A stretch of 64,000 bases of DNA from Promethearchaeota archaeon (lineage in GTDB: Archaea; Asgardarchaeota; Lokiarchaeia; Sigyniarchaeales; SOKP01). The notes beneath the pieces are model-generated. The model was not told the DNA's origin. It made no database searches and worked only from the letters and a program-made list of their open reading frames with translations. Positions 18,874 to 28,552 of this stretch are shown in pieces. How positions within the stretch are numbered: the stretch's first letter is position 1; each line of letters opens with the position of its first letter. Both the position numbers and the translations under genes were made by a program. The stretch spans positions 8,106 to 72,105 of the forward strand of contig JBHLMP010000009.1 in the NCBI GenBank assembly GCA_048938025.1. Direction: 5' to 3'.

Positions 18874-20652
18874 ATGAGTAATGAAATTAACGAATATTGG
18901 ATGAAATTATGGCCCAAAGAAACACCTCGCCATGTTGACTATGATAAAATATCCTTAGGAGAGATGTTAAGAAACACTGCTGAAACTTACCCTGAAAGTA
19001 AAGCAATATATTTTGAAGGTTTTAGAATGACATATAAAGAATTAGATAAAGCAGTAGATCAATTTGCTACAGCTCTTGCAAGGATGGGAATTAAAAAGGG
19101 TGATGTTGTTCTTATAGATTTACCTAATGTCCCCCAATTTGTAATAGCATACTATGGTATAGTTCGAATTGGTGCAATAGCAAATCCCATTATTCCTTTA
19201 AATAGATTTACCGAAATTGTGCATCAAACAAATGATTCTAAAGGAAAAATGCTTATAATTTTAGATGTTCTTTATGAAGAACATTTGCATAAAAATGATT
19301 TGACTAAAATGCCCACTTTGAAAGATATTATACTGACTGGAATTGCCGAATATCTACCCCCAATGAAAGCTAAATTAGGAACTGCTTTAGGAAAGGTACC
19401 GAGAATGAAGAAATGGCCAAAAAAAGTAGGAGATGTGAATTTTCATGAATTTCAAGATTTTTTGTCAAGAGGATTTCCAATCGATTTACCTGATGTAAAA
19501 ATTGACCCGATTAATGATGTTTCAACTTTAATATACACGGGTGGTACTACAGGGCTTCCAAAAGGGTGTATGATGTCACATTTTAATTTTGTGGTAAATG
19601 CGCAACAGGGTAGTACTTTTGTGCGAACTCAATTACCAAAAGTAGAAGAAACTTTAGGTAAAGGGGGAATGTTTGTGGTTTTGCCTTTAGCACATGAATT
19701 CGCATTATCAATAGCTATGAATATTGGAGTATATCATAGTTATAATCTTATATTATTCCCACAACCTCCTGCCAAGCTTTCAAAAATATTAAAAATGATT
19801 AAAAAGGAAAATGTAACTTTTGGCCCTGGAGTGCCAACTTTATGGAATAAGATTAGCCAAGACCCCGATTCTATTAAATATAAAGGGAAACTTGATTCTC
19901 TTATTGCATGCTTAAGTGGGGCTTCTGCTCTTCCTTTAGAAGTGAAACAAGAATTTGAGGATATTACTGGTGCATTAATCGTAGAAGGTTTTGGAATGAG
20001 TGAGACCAGTCCAATATTAACAGTCACCCCATTCCATAAATATAAAGAAAATACAGTAGGTTTCCCAGTGTCAGATACATTGATAAAAATTGTTGATCCT
20101 GAAGATGGTACTAAAATCTTACCCCAATGCCCCAATGAATCCTGCGAAGATTGTGGTACAAATGAAGCACAATACATTGGTGAGATTTGCGGATGTGGAC
20201 CCCAGGTATTTCTAGGGTATTTAAATAGACCAGATGCTACTGAATATGCATTGAGAAAAGATTCAAAAGGAAGAACCTGGTATTATACTACAGATATTGG
20301 TTGTATAGACCGTGATGGATATCTACATATTAAGGACCGTAAAAGAGATATGATTAAATATAAGGCACATAGTGTATTTCCAAGAGAAGTAGAAGATTTG
20401 ATGTATCTTCATGAAGCTATTAATGAAGTTGGCGTTGTTGGGGTTCCAGATCCAGAAGTGGGAGAAAATATTAAAGCTTATGTATCCCTCAAACCAGAAT
20501 ATCAAGGTAAGATATCAGAAGGTGATCTAAGAGAATGGTGTAAAGCAAATATTTCGGCATTTAAATATCCTAGAATTATTGAGATTATCCCAGAATTGCC
20601 TAAGTCTGTAGTAGGTAAAATATTACGGCGTGAATTAAGAACTAAAGAATAA
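18874..20652 (+). CDS. AMP-forming acyl-CoA synthetase with Cys-rich insertion
   Basis: Contains YTGGTTGLPKGCMM, GFGMSETS, TTDIG, DRKRDMIK and GKILRR. An extra segment, QCPNESCEDCGTNEAQYIGEICGCGP, precedes the A8-like region. Confidence 0.88.
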   Translation: MSNEINEYWMKLWPKETPRHVDYDKISLGEMLRNTAETYPESKAIYFEGFRMTYKELDKAVDQFATALARMGIKKGDVVLIDLPNVPQFVIAYYGIVRIGAIANPIIPLNRFTEIVHQTNDSKGKMLIILDVLYEEHLHKNDLTKMPTLKDIILTGIAEYLPPMKAKLGTALGKVPRMKKWPKKVGDVNFHEFQDFLSRGFPIDLPDVKIDPINDVSTLIYTGGTTGLPKGCMMSHFNFVVNAQQGSTFVRTQLPKVEETLGKGGMFVVLPLAHEFALSIAMNIGVYHSYNLILFPQPPAKLSKILKMIKKENVTFGPGVPTLWNKISQDPDSIKYKGKLDSLIACLSGASALPLEVKQEFEDITGALIVEGFGMSETSPILTVTPFHKYKENTVGFPVSDTLIKIVDPEDGTKILPQCPNESCEDCGTNEAQYIGEICGCGPQVFLGYLNRPDATEYALRKDSKGRTWYYTTDIGCIDRDGYLHIKDRKRDMIKYKAHSVFPREVEDLMYLHEAINEVGVVGVPDPEVGENIKAYVSLKPEYQGKISEGDLREWCKANISAFKYPRIIEIIPELPKSVVGKILRRELRTKE

Positions 20653-20689
20653 TTAAAAAACATTTTTTTTTTATAATATCAAATTTCAC

Positions 20690-21730
20690 TTAAGATGATT
20701 TTACAAATTCATTTGAATTTTTAAGATAAATTTCTGCTTCTTTTACCATATTTTCAATAATATCTTTTACATTATCGAGACTATTGATTATCCCACAACT
20801 TTGACCTAACGGAACGGCGCCATTTTCTATATCTCCATAATATACAATTTCATAATTCTTTTGATCATCAAGAAAGTCTTGGATTGACATTGCACTCTCC
20901 TTCGCAATTTTCTCGTTTTTAGTTTTAACAGAATCATGATGAGCAGTATATTTATTCTTCCATAACCTTATCGGAGCTATGAATCCTGTTACAACTGTGG
21001 TATCTTGAGGTTTTGATGGGGATACAATCTGTTTGTAATTTTCATGAAATTCACTATCATTTGAGGCAATAAATCTAGTTCCCATGGCGATTGCTCCCGC
21101 TCCCATTGCTAATGCTCCAGCAAGCCCTACACCAGTTGCAAAACCTCCACATAAAATTATGGGAATGTCAGGGAATGTTTGTTTTACCTGTTGAATCAAA
21201 ACTAATGTTGATGTTTTCTCATAAGATTGATGTCCTCCACCCTCAAAACCGGTAACTACAAGTCCATCGACTCCTGCATCTACACACTTTCTAGCTAGCC
21301 AATATGCTGGAGCTACATGGTAATTTTTAATTTCAGACACTTTTTTTAGTTTCTGATAATTGTTACTTTTTTGTAACATACGAGCGGAACCAGCAGAAGT
21401 TATTGCATACCTCACTTGTTCTCTTAATTTTGGTTTGCTCATAATGAACTTGGGTATTTCTCTGCAAAGCTTTAAGGCATCCATCTGCAACCTTGCTGTT
21501 CTAATATTGAAACCAAATGGTTTGTCTGTATGCTCAATAACATATTCCATATTTTTCTTCATTTCCTCAGTACTACTTTTACCGAATAAATTAGTGTGAC
21601 TTAAAACTCCCATTCCTCCAGCTTCAGATACTGCTACTGTTAATTCCGTGGTATAAAAAGGTCCCATTGGTGCTGCAACAATTGGATGCTTAATTCCTAA
21701 CATTTTGGTTACGTTTGTCTCTAATACCAA
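20690..21730 (-). CDS. NAD(P)H-dependent flavin oxidoreductase, nitronate monooxygenase / FabK-like enoyl reductase family
   Basis: Contains MLGIKHPIVAAPMGPF...AVSEAGGMGVL, TGFEGGGH and GAIAMGTRF, a TIM-barrel FMN enzyme pattern. Confidence 0.75.
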   Translation of the reverse strand: MVLETNVTKMLGIKHPIVAAPMGPFYTTELTVAVSEAGGMGVLSHTNLFGKSSTEEMKKNMEYVIEHTDKPFGFNIRTARLQMDALKLCREIPKFIMSKPKLREQVRYAITSAGSARMLQKSNNYQKLKKVSEIKNYHVAPAYWLARKCVDAGVDGLVVTGFEGGGHQSYEKTSTLVLIQQVKQTFPDIPIILCGGFATGVGLAGALAMGAGAIAMGTRFIASNDSEFHENYKQIVSPSKPQDTTVVTGFIAPIRLWKNKYTAHHDSVKTKNEKIAKESAMSIQDFLDDQKNYEIVYYGDIENGAVPLGQSCGIINSLDNVKDIIENMVKEAEIYLKNSNEFVKSS

Positions 21731-21890
21731 TTTTTTTCACTTTTGTTAAAACTGTTAATTATAATAATATTATAGAATTAAATAATGTAAGATTTAAACT
21801 TTTAACGATTTGCTCGTTAAAAATAAAAAGGGAAAAGAATATATATTGAAAACATCAAAAAGCATAAAATAATATAAAATGTGAAAAAAT

Positions 21891-23132
21891 GTGAAGAAAG
21901 TTGCAATTATAGGGATAGGGATTACTCCTTTTAAAGCGAGATATTTAGACAAAACCTACTTTGAATTGGCTTATGATGCAACGAAACTTGCACTAAATGA
22001 TGCAAATAATAATGGAGCAGAAATAACTCATAAGGATCTGCAATCCACAGTATATGGAATTTATAATGAATTATTTGAACGTCAATTTATGCCAGATATT
22101 TTTATAAATTCATACATAGGTATGAATAATAAACCAGGCACACGTATAGCAACAGGAGGGGCAACAGGAGGATATACTGTAAGGATGGCATATGCAGAAG
22201 TAGCTTCTGGCTTATCTGACTTATGTCTATGTATAGGAGTCGAAAAATGTAACGATTGCTATGACGAACAAACAGGTACAACTACGCCAGAGGTATTGAA
22301 CGCTATTGCATATTCTGCTGATATGACTTATGAATATCCTATGGGAATGCTGGCTGCCAGTTCTTATGTCTCGATGGTAAATGCACATTATGAGGAATTT
22401 GGGAATCCAACAGAAGAGCAAATGGCTTTGGTATCTGTTAAAAATCATGGAAATGCTATAAATAACCCAAAAGCACAATCTCCAATGAAAATAACAGTTG
22501 AAGATGTAATGAACTCAAGAATAATATGCTATCCATTTAAAATGTTAGATTGTTGTTTATATTCAGAAGCATCAGCAGCTTTAATTCTCGCAAATGAAGA
22601 TAAAGTAAAGGATCTAAAAATTGAGAACCCAATCTGGATTACTGGTGTGGCAGCAACAAATACTGATTGCTTTATAGGAAACAGAGAAGATATGGGACGT
22701 CTCTATTCTAATATTTATGCTGCAAAAGCAGCTTATAAAATGGCAGGATTAGATTATAACAAAATTAAGACACAAATTGATTTAGCGGAACTTCATGATG
22801 CTTTTAGTGGACAAGAGGTTATCAGCTATGAGGAGCTTGGGTTTGTTCCATTTGGGGAAGGAGGCAATTGGATAGAAACAGGTGGTCCTTTTATCGATGG
22901 TGAATTACCATGTTGTCCTAGCGGTGGATTGATTGGATGTGGTCATGCTGTGGGCGCTACAGGAATTATGTCCACAGGGGAAGCAGCTCTTCAGCTTCGA
23001 GAGGATGCTGGGAAGCATCAAGTAAAATCAATTGAAAATGGTAGAGCTATTGCTCATTCAATCGGAGGACCTGGAGCAGCATATGCAGCGGTTATAGTAA
23101 TGTCAAATGAGGAGGGGTTGAGAAAGGCGTGA
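21891..23132 (+). CDS. thiolase-fold protein (SCP-x/archaeal thiolase-like) apparently lacking the nucleophilic Cys
   Basis: GTG start, then MKKVAIIGIG. Contains RIATGGATGGYTV...VASGLSDLCLCIGVEK, SVKNHGNAINNP, ELHDAFS and CPSGGLIGCGHAVGATG. Confidence 0.85.
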   Translation: MKKVAIIGIGITPFKARYLDKTYFELAYDATKLALNDANNNGAEITHKDLQSTVYGIYNELFERQFMPDIFINSYIGMNNKPGTRIATGGATGGYTVRMAYAEVASGLSDLCLCIGVEKCNDCYDEQTGTTTPEVLNAIAYSADMTYEYPMGMLAASSYVSMVNAHYEEFGNPTEEQMALVSVKNHGNAINNPKAQSPMKITVEDVMNSRIICYPFKMLDCCLYSEASAALILANEDKVKDLKIENPIWITGVAATNTDCFIGNREDMGRLYSNIYAAKAAYKMAGLDYNKIKTQIDLAELHDAFSGQEVISYEELGFVPFGEGGNWIETGGPFIDGELPCCPSGGLIGCGHAVGATGIMSTGEAALQLREDAGKHQVKSIENGRAIAHSIGGPGAAYAAVIVMSNEEGLRKA

Positions 23133-23623
23133 GTGAAGAATTTCAAGATCATCAAGTAAGAGATATAATAAAAATCAATTACAAATATACGATGGGAGGA
23201 CAATCTAAATTTTTTCTTGAAGTTATGAATAACAAGAAATTATTAGGTACTAAATGTACCAAATGTGGGAAAACTTGGATGCCTCCAAGAATTAATTGCT
23301 CTGATTGTTTTGTTCCTGCTGAATGGGTGGAATTGAACCAAACAGGAACCATCCAAGTCAGCACCATAGTTTGGTATACCACTTCTGCTTTCATTAAAGC
23401 AATCCCATATGGTATAGGGTTTATAAAATTAGATGGCGCAGAAACCGCATTACTTCAAGGAATTTTTTCAGAAAATTTAGTCCCTTCTAAGATTAAGAGA
23501 GGAAGAAGAGTTAGAGCAGTTTTTAACAAAGTAAGAGAAGGGAAAATGACAGATTTTTTCTTTGTTCCAGAAGATGAATATGAAAACTGGATAAATAAAC
23601 CTGAATATGAAGGAGGGAACTAA
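23129..23623 (+). CDS. DUF35 Zn-ribbon/OB-fold acyl-CoA-associated protein
   Basis: Rubredoxin-like CTKCGKTWMPPRINCSDC followed by an OB-fold segment. The GTG start overlaps the upstream stop (GTGA). Confidence 0.85.
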   Translation: MSEEFQDHQVRDIIKINYKYTMGGQSKFFLEVMNNKKLLGTKCTKCGKTWMPPRINCSDCFVPAEWVELNQTGTIQVSTIVWYTTSAFIKAIPYGIGFIKLDGAETALLQGIFSENLVPSKIKRGRRVRAVFNKVREGKMTDFFFVPEDEYENWINKPEYEGGN

Positions 23624-23625
23624 AA

Positions 23626-23997
23626 ATGGGTATAGCAAGAGATAATTTAACAAAAATTATTGAAAACATAAACCACAATGAAAAAGCTCAAGTTGTTTTT
23701 GTAACTAATATTGCTGGGAAGGATGTTGATTGGGAAATGTCATTTCAATTCAACCTTGATAATGAAGACCCTTTTTATGTAGATATTAAAAACCGCAAAG
23801 CAATTTTGTTAGAAGGGACCAAATCAGATTCAGTTATAGTTATGTCTGGAGATCCTAATTCAATTGTTAAAATCTGCAACGGCAAGGGTGATTTCACTCA
23901 CGCAATCAGTCGTGAAGAGATTACTGTAGAAAAAGGTAGGGTTATGGATGTTATTAGACTAACAAGAGCAATAACAATCGTTTTAAAAACAAAATAA
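23626..23997 (+). CDS. SCP2 (sterol carrier protein 2)-like lipid-binding domain protein
   Basis: 123 aa. The pattern F.F.L......YVDIKN.KA.L.EG......VIVMSGDPNSIVKICNGKGDFTHAISREEITVEKG resembles the SCP2 fold signature. It starts 2 nt after the DUF35 stop. Confidence 0.6.
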   Translation: MGIARDNLTKIIENINHNEKAQVVFVTNIAGKDVDWEMSFQFNLDNEDPFYVDIKNRKAILLEGTKSDSVIVMSGDPNSIVKICNGKGDFTHAISREEITVEKGRVMDVIRLTRAITIVLKTK

Positions 23998-24038
23998 TTA
24001 CTTTTTTACAATTTTTTTTATTATTTTTATTAATAGAA

Positions 24039-24425
24039 TTAAATATTTGAAAAATCTTCCATAAACCAATTGAATACAGGGGGAATATTTTCAATGATTC
24101 TATATTTAATTTTTTTATGTAAAATTACAATAAAAATCTCATCTTGTTTTCGCACAAATTGATAATATTCATTATTGGAGATCTCTTTTAATTTATTTTT
24201 ATCAGTGGTATCAATATGGAAAAGTAAATAATCATTTATATCTGCATATTCTGGACCCCAAGAGTATTCAATTTCTTTTTGTAAAAAAGAAAGAAAAGTA
24301 TTAAGAGTTTGGTCTAGTGCGATCCACCCATATAAGTAAATATCTTGATCTTCATAAACTACGATGAAATTACCGGTAACTTCTGGAAAGCGTACATTTT
24401 CTTCAATCTTTTTAAAATTATCCAT
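24039..24425 (-). CDS. hypothetical protein (128 aa core; start uncertain, alternative ATG at 24479)
   Basis: Only the C-terminal part of track ORF 24039..24746 is non-overlapping and non-low-complexity (MDNFKKIEENVRFPEVTGNF...). The N-terminal 89-107 codons overlap ltaE on the opposite strand. Confidence 0.4.
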   Translation of the reverse strand: MDNFKKIEENVRFPEVTGNFIVVYEDQDIYLYGWIALDQTLNTFLSFLQKEIEYSWGPEYADINDYLLFHIDTTDKNKLKEISNNEYYQFVRKQDEIFIVILHKKIKYRIIENIPPVFNWFMEDFSNI

Positions 24426-24510
24426 ATTAAAAACTTCAATGAAAAATACTGTTAATAATTTTTTATTTAAATGATTCATTATAAAAACACAAAATATTAT
24501 ACTTAAGATT

Positions 24511-25566
24511 TTGATTAAATTGAAAATTGTTGATCTCCGTTCCGATACGGTAACAAAGCCATCTCCTGAAATGTGGGAAGTAGTTAAATCATTAGATAAT
24601 ACTAAGATAGGTGATGATGTTGAAAAAGAAGATCCAACTGTTAATGAATTAGAAGATAAAGCAGCAAAGATAGTGGGAAAAGAGGCAGCATTATTTGTCA
24701 CTTCAGGAACACAAGGAAACCTTGTCTCTTTATTATCCCAAACCACACCTGGAGATGAGATAATGGTTGAGGAACTTAGTCATATTTATGGTCATGAAGT
24801 AGGAAGTGCTGCTCGAATCGGAGGATTAATGATTTGTACCTATCCTTCAAATAAAGGTATCCCAAACTTAGATGACCTTCAGAACATGATTCGAGATAAG
24901 GAAGATATTCATGAACCTCCAACAACTCTTTTTTGTGCTGAAAATACTCATAATTTTCATGGAGGTATTATAATCAAACCTGAAGATCTTAATAAAATGA
25001 AAAAATTTGCAGGAAAAAACAATTTAAGATTTCATCTTGATGGTGCAAGAATATTTAATGCTTCGATAGCCCTCAACCGACCTGCTTCAGATTTCACTCA
25101 ATATGTTGATAGCGTTATGTTTTGTCTATCCAAAGGCCTTTCCTGCCCAGTTGGTTCTATTGTTGCTGGTTCATACGATTTTATTGAAAGAGCGAGAAGA
25201 TATAGAAAAATGTTAGGAGGAGGGATGAGGCAAGCAGGAGTTATTGCTTGTTTTGGGTTAGTGGCACTCGAACCGAAATGGATAAAAAGATTAGAGGAAG
25301 ATCATAAGAATGCTAAATTGCTTGCTGAAGGTCTTAAGAATCTAGAATTATCAATTAAAGTTCAACAACCAGAAACTAATATTTTCTGGGTAGATTTTCC
25401 ACTTAATATACCAATGGATAAACTAATGACTAATTTATCTGAAAATGGGATTAAAACCTTCAATTTTAACCATAGAATACGTTTCGTTACTCATTATGGA
25501 CTAAATGAAGATGATATTCAATATAGCATAGGAATAATTGAAAAAATTTTACTTAGTTTGTTCTAA
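24511..25566 (+). CDS. ltaE: PLP-dependent low-specificity L-threonine aldolase
   Basis: Contains DLRSDTVTKPSPEM, TSGTQGNL, HLDGARIFNA and FCLSKGLSCPVGS (PLP-Lys context). TTG start; an alternative TTG lies at 24520. Confidence 0.85.
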   Translation: MIKLKIVDLRSDTVTKPSPEMWEVVKSLDNTKIGDDVEKEDPTVNELEDKAAKIVGKEAALFVTSGTQGNLVSLLSQTTPGDEIMVEELSHIYGHEVGSAARIGGLMICTYPSNKGIPNLDDLQNMIRDKEDIHEPPTTLFCAENTHNFHGGIIIKPEDLNKMKKFAGKNNLRFHLDGARIFNASIALNRPASDFTQYVDSVMFCLSKGLSCPVGSIVAGSYDFIERARRYRKMLGGGMRQAGVIACFGLVALEPKWIKRLEEDHKNAKLLAEGLKNLELSIKVQQPETNIFWVDFPLNIPMDKLMTNLSENGIKTFNFNHRIRFVTHYGLNEDDIQYSIGIIEKILLSLF

Positions 25567-25605
25567 AATAAAAAAATAGAATAAATAATTAAATAAAAAT
25601 AATAA

Positions 25606-26109
25606 TTACTCTTTGCTGATATCTAAATCCTTTGCGTCATCTTCTACTAAATCATAGTATTCTATGTCATTTAATCCGCCAGTGATATTTTCTGCCCAAT
25701 GAACTTTAACTGGCATTCCAATATAAGTATCTTTTAAATCCACTTCAGGATTTAACTCACCCATCTCTGTTGTATCAGCTCCATCTTGGCGGATCAATAC
25801 CATTGGCTTTTCCCGAATTTCACCTGTTTCTGGATCTTTTAGATAAGCTATTGCATATGTAGAAACTTCACCTGTTTCTCGTAAATCAACCCATTGATCT
25901 GGTTTTATCATACATTTTCCACACACATATCTAGGAGGGAAAAAAACTCTATTACATCCTGGACATTTCAAACCAATCAATTTCTTCTCTTTTAATTTTT
26001 CTAAAAAAGGTTGAAAATGAGTAATATTAAATTTAAAATTATAACTGGTCAAATACCAATTACTTGGCATTGTTCTAGTCCTTTTATAGTCTCTTTTAAC
26101 GTAGTCCAA
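25606..26109 (-). CDS. DUF35 Zn-ribbon/OB-fold protein
   Basis: Contains CPGCNRVFFPPRYVCGKC plus an OB-fold tail. The TTG start is from the track; an alternative ATG (MPSNWYL) lies at 26070. Confidence 0.8.
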   Translation of the reverse strand: MDYVKRDYKRTRTMPSNWYLTSYNFKFNITHFQPFLEKLKEKKLIGLKCPGCNRVFFPPRYVCGKCMIKPDQWVDLRETGEVSTYAIAYLKDPETGEIREKPMVLIRQDGADTTEMGELNPEVDLKDTYIGMPVKVHWAENITGGLNDIEYYDLVEDDAKDLDISKE

Positions 26110-26142
26110 AGATTTCCTTTGAGTTAATTTTGACAGCTTAAT

Positions 26143-27390
26143 TCACCTCCATTTTCTCTGGGGTTCATCTGACATCACCATCATTGTACATAAATTAAGT
26201 ATTCCGCCCCACCCATGCCCGATAGCAGTATGAACCGTTTTAGGTACTTGATTACTGGCTTTTCCCATTATCTGTAAGGCAGCAACAGCAGGTCTCTCTA
26301 ATGCAGATGCTCCAATTGCATTAGTAGAATTAACACCTCCTGAACAGCATATTGGCAATTCACCATTTAACGCAGTTACTCCATTTTCGTACATCTGTGG
26401 AGCTGTAGTTTCTTCAAATAAACCCAATTTTTCAACCCACATGAGTTCCTGATTAGGGAATGGAGCATAAACTTCAGCATAATCTATTTCTTTTCGAGGA
26501 AAGGAGATCCCTGCCTGATTATAAGCCAATTCAGATGATTTCATTGCCCCTAATTGTTCTGAGGGATCTATTTGTCCTGATCCACTACAGTCATATCCAA
26601 GAACAGCTGTCTCATGAGCAATACTAGCCACACCATTTACATAAACGGGAATATCACACACATCTTTAGCTTTTTCTTCTGTTGTAAATAAAACCGCACA
26701 AGCACCATCACTTGCAGGACAAACCATCCCATATCTTAAGGGATAGGATATATAGGGCGTGTCCAAAACTTCTTCAATGGTAACATTTGGCATTTTTAAA
26801 TGAGCCCACCAAGTTTTTGCAGCATTACGTCTATTTTGTACCACCACTCTAGCCAAATCTTCTTCAGTTATCTTTGATTTACTCATATAATTAGTTGCTT
26901 GATATGAGGCTACACCAATAGCTGCACCTGCTGATAAAATACGTGTTAATCGTTCATAATCAATTCCTAGAGTATTGTAAATAGTAATTTCCCCATAGGC
27001 TACACTAGCTAAACCAGTAGCAGTGTTACCCTGGCTTTGTTGTTCAAAGCCAACGGCAAGTACTGTATCAATTCCGGGTAATCCTGCTGCAACAGTATAA
27101 TAACCGGCAATTGCAACAGTACCTCCTGTGGTACCCCCAGTTGTAACTCGCATTAATGGTTTATTTCTCGCTCCCATCCAATCGGTCATCCATAATTCCG
27201 GAATATTTGACCCTTCAAAGGCAGGCATATTTCCATTTACATAAGCATCAATATCTTCAAAACTTACGCTTGGAACTTTCTTTAAGCAATCTTCTATTGC
27301 TTCACTCACTAATTCAGGCATACTAACATCAGATCGTTTTGACGCATGTTCACTAAATCCTGCTGAAACTATTGCCACTTGCCTTCCCAT
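26143..27390 (-). CDS. thiolase-fold protein, catalytically degenerate (no Cys nucleophile, no HD(C/A)F, no GH..GATG His)
   Basis: Start re-set to MGRQVAIVSAGF (ATG 27390, 1 nt after the upstream stop). Contains RVTTGGTTGGTV, QNRRNAAKTWWAH, EVYAPFP and CCSGGVNSTNAIGASA. Confidence 0.8.
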   Translation of the reverse strand: MGRQVAIVSAGFSEHASKRSDVSMPELVSEAIEDCLKKVPSVSFEDIDAYVNGNMPAFEGSNIPELWMTDWMGARNKPLMRVTTGGTTGGTVAIAGYYTVAAGLPGIDTVLAVGFEQQSQGNTATGLASVAYGEITIYNTLGIDYERLTRILSAGAAIGVASYQATNYMSKSKITEEDLARVVVQNRRNAAKTWWAHLKMPNVTIEEVLDTPYISYPLRYGMVCPASDGACAVLFTTEEKAKDVCDIPVYVNGVASIAHETAVLGYDCSGSGQIDPSEQLGAMKSSELAYNQAGISFPRKEIDYAEVYAPFPNQELMWVEKLGLFEETTAPQMYENGVTALNGELPICCSGGVNSTNAIGASALERPAVAALQIMGKASNQVPKTVHTAIGHGWGGILNLCTMMVMSDEPQRKWR

Positions 27391-27391
27391 T

Positions 27392-28534
27392 TTAATTACT
27401 CCCCTCCAATACATACACGATATTATTTTGAGCACACATACCTATTTGACCAGAGGCTACAGCTTTTTTTGCCCCTTTAACTTGATATTGATTCCCTTCT
27501 CCTTTTAATTGTTTAGCAGCTTCGATTATTCTTATTAATCCTGTTGCACATGGTGGATTCCCTCCTATTGCTCCTCCAGAAGGATTTATTGGTAATTCGC
27601 CATTTATATTTGAATCAATATTTAAACCTTTACCTTTTTCAGCAAACCCCAACGCCTCAGTAAATATTAGTTCTTCATGAGCATAAGCCTCAAATAATTC
27701 AGCGATATCTATTTCGTCTCGTGGATTTTTAATTCTAGCCGATTTAAATGCCATTTTGCCAGCTAATTCCATTGATTTACTTGTTGATAAATCTCTATCA
27801 CCAAGATAATAACCTTCTTGACTATAGCCTACACCCGTGATCCAGACAGGATTTTCTGTTATTTTTAAAGCTTGTTTCTCAGGTGCTAATAATAAAGCAG
27901 CAACTCCATCACAAGGTTGAGCAACCATTAATTCTGTTACTGGATCAGCATAAATTTCTGACTCTAACACATCTTTAACGGTAAGGTTTGGATTTTGAGA
28001 TTCTGCTAAGGATAATGGATTTTTAGCGGCATTTTTCCTATTTTTTACAGCGATTTTAGCAATATCTTCAGCACTAATGCCATACTTCTCCATATATGCT
28101 CGCATTTGAAATCCAGCAGCAGTAATATCATTAACATAAGCAACGGGTCTTTCCCAAGTTGGATCTGTTTCATATAATCGAGCAGAGTGATATGGAAAGC
28201 ATGAAGCCATACTTCCACCCCAAACAACTGCTAGTTTATGATTACCAGATAATATCCTCATTAATCCATACAAAACAGCATGAGCACCATCCATTTCTAC
28301 TTTACTCTCATCGCTCATATATCCTCCACCAACTTCAACAGTAAAGCAATTTGATATCGTGCGTCCTTCATAATAATCATTAGTGCAAGAGATAACAGTT
28401 GTAATATCCTTTTTCTTTAAACCAACCATGTCAAGTGCACCTCTAACAGCTTCAAAAATCATTTCATACCGACCATAATTAGCATCTGAATACAATTTTA
28501 CTTGATTATATCCTACAATACCTACTTTTTGCAT
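27392..28534 (-). CDS. thiolase-fold protein, catalytically degenerate paralogue
   Basis: Contains MQKVGIVGY, KVEMDGAHAVLYG, AVKNRKNAAKNP, ELFEAYA and NPSGGAIGGNPPCATG. Confidence 0.8.
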   Translation of the reverse strand: MQKVGIVGYNQVKLYSDANYGRYEMIFEAVRGALDMVGLKKKDITTVISCTNDYYEGRTISNCFTVEVGGGYMSDESKVEMDGAHAVLYGLMRILSGNHKLAVVWGGSMASCFPYHSARLYETDPTWERPVAYVNDITAAGFQMRAYMEKYGISAEDIAKIAVKNRKNAAKNPLSLAESQNPNLTVKDVLESEIYADPVTELMVAQPCDGVAALLLAPEKQALKITENPVWITGVGYSQEGYYLGDRDLSTSKSMELAGKMAFKSARIKNPRDEIDIAELFEAYAHEELIFTEALGFAEKGKGLNIDSNINGELPINPSGGAIGGNPPCATGLIRIIEAAKQLKGEGNQYQVKGAKKAVASGQIGMCAQNNIVYVLEGSN

Positions 28535-28552
28535 GGTTCTTTTTACCTCCCA

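Noticed and set aside
24426-24746. N-terminal 107 codons of track ORF 24039..24746.
   Set aside because: They overlap the ltaE coding region on the opposite strand and read as Ser/Thr/Val-rich antisense sequence. The gene was trimmed to an internal ATG.
27391-27435. N-terminal 15 codons of track ORF 26143..27435 (also 29835..29960 of ORF 29232..29960).
   Set aside because: These extensions overlap the 3' ends of the upstream thiolase-like genes. Internal ATGs sit 1-5 nt after the upstream stops and give the canonical family N-termini.
27392-28534. Possibility that one thiolase-fold gene is the HMG-CoA synthase of the archaeal thiolase/HMGCS/DUF35 complex.
   Set aside because: The sequence shows thiolase-type landmarks (AVKNRKNAAKNP, the C-terminal GG....ATG loop) and no HMGCS-type Cys motif. 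None of the four paralogues looks like HMGCS.
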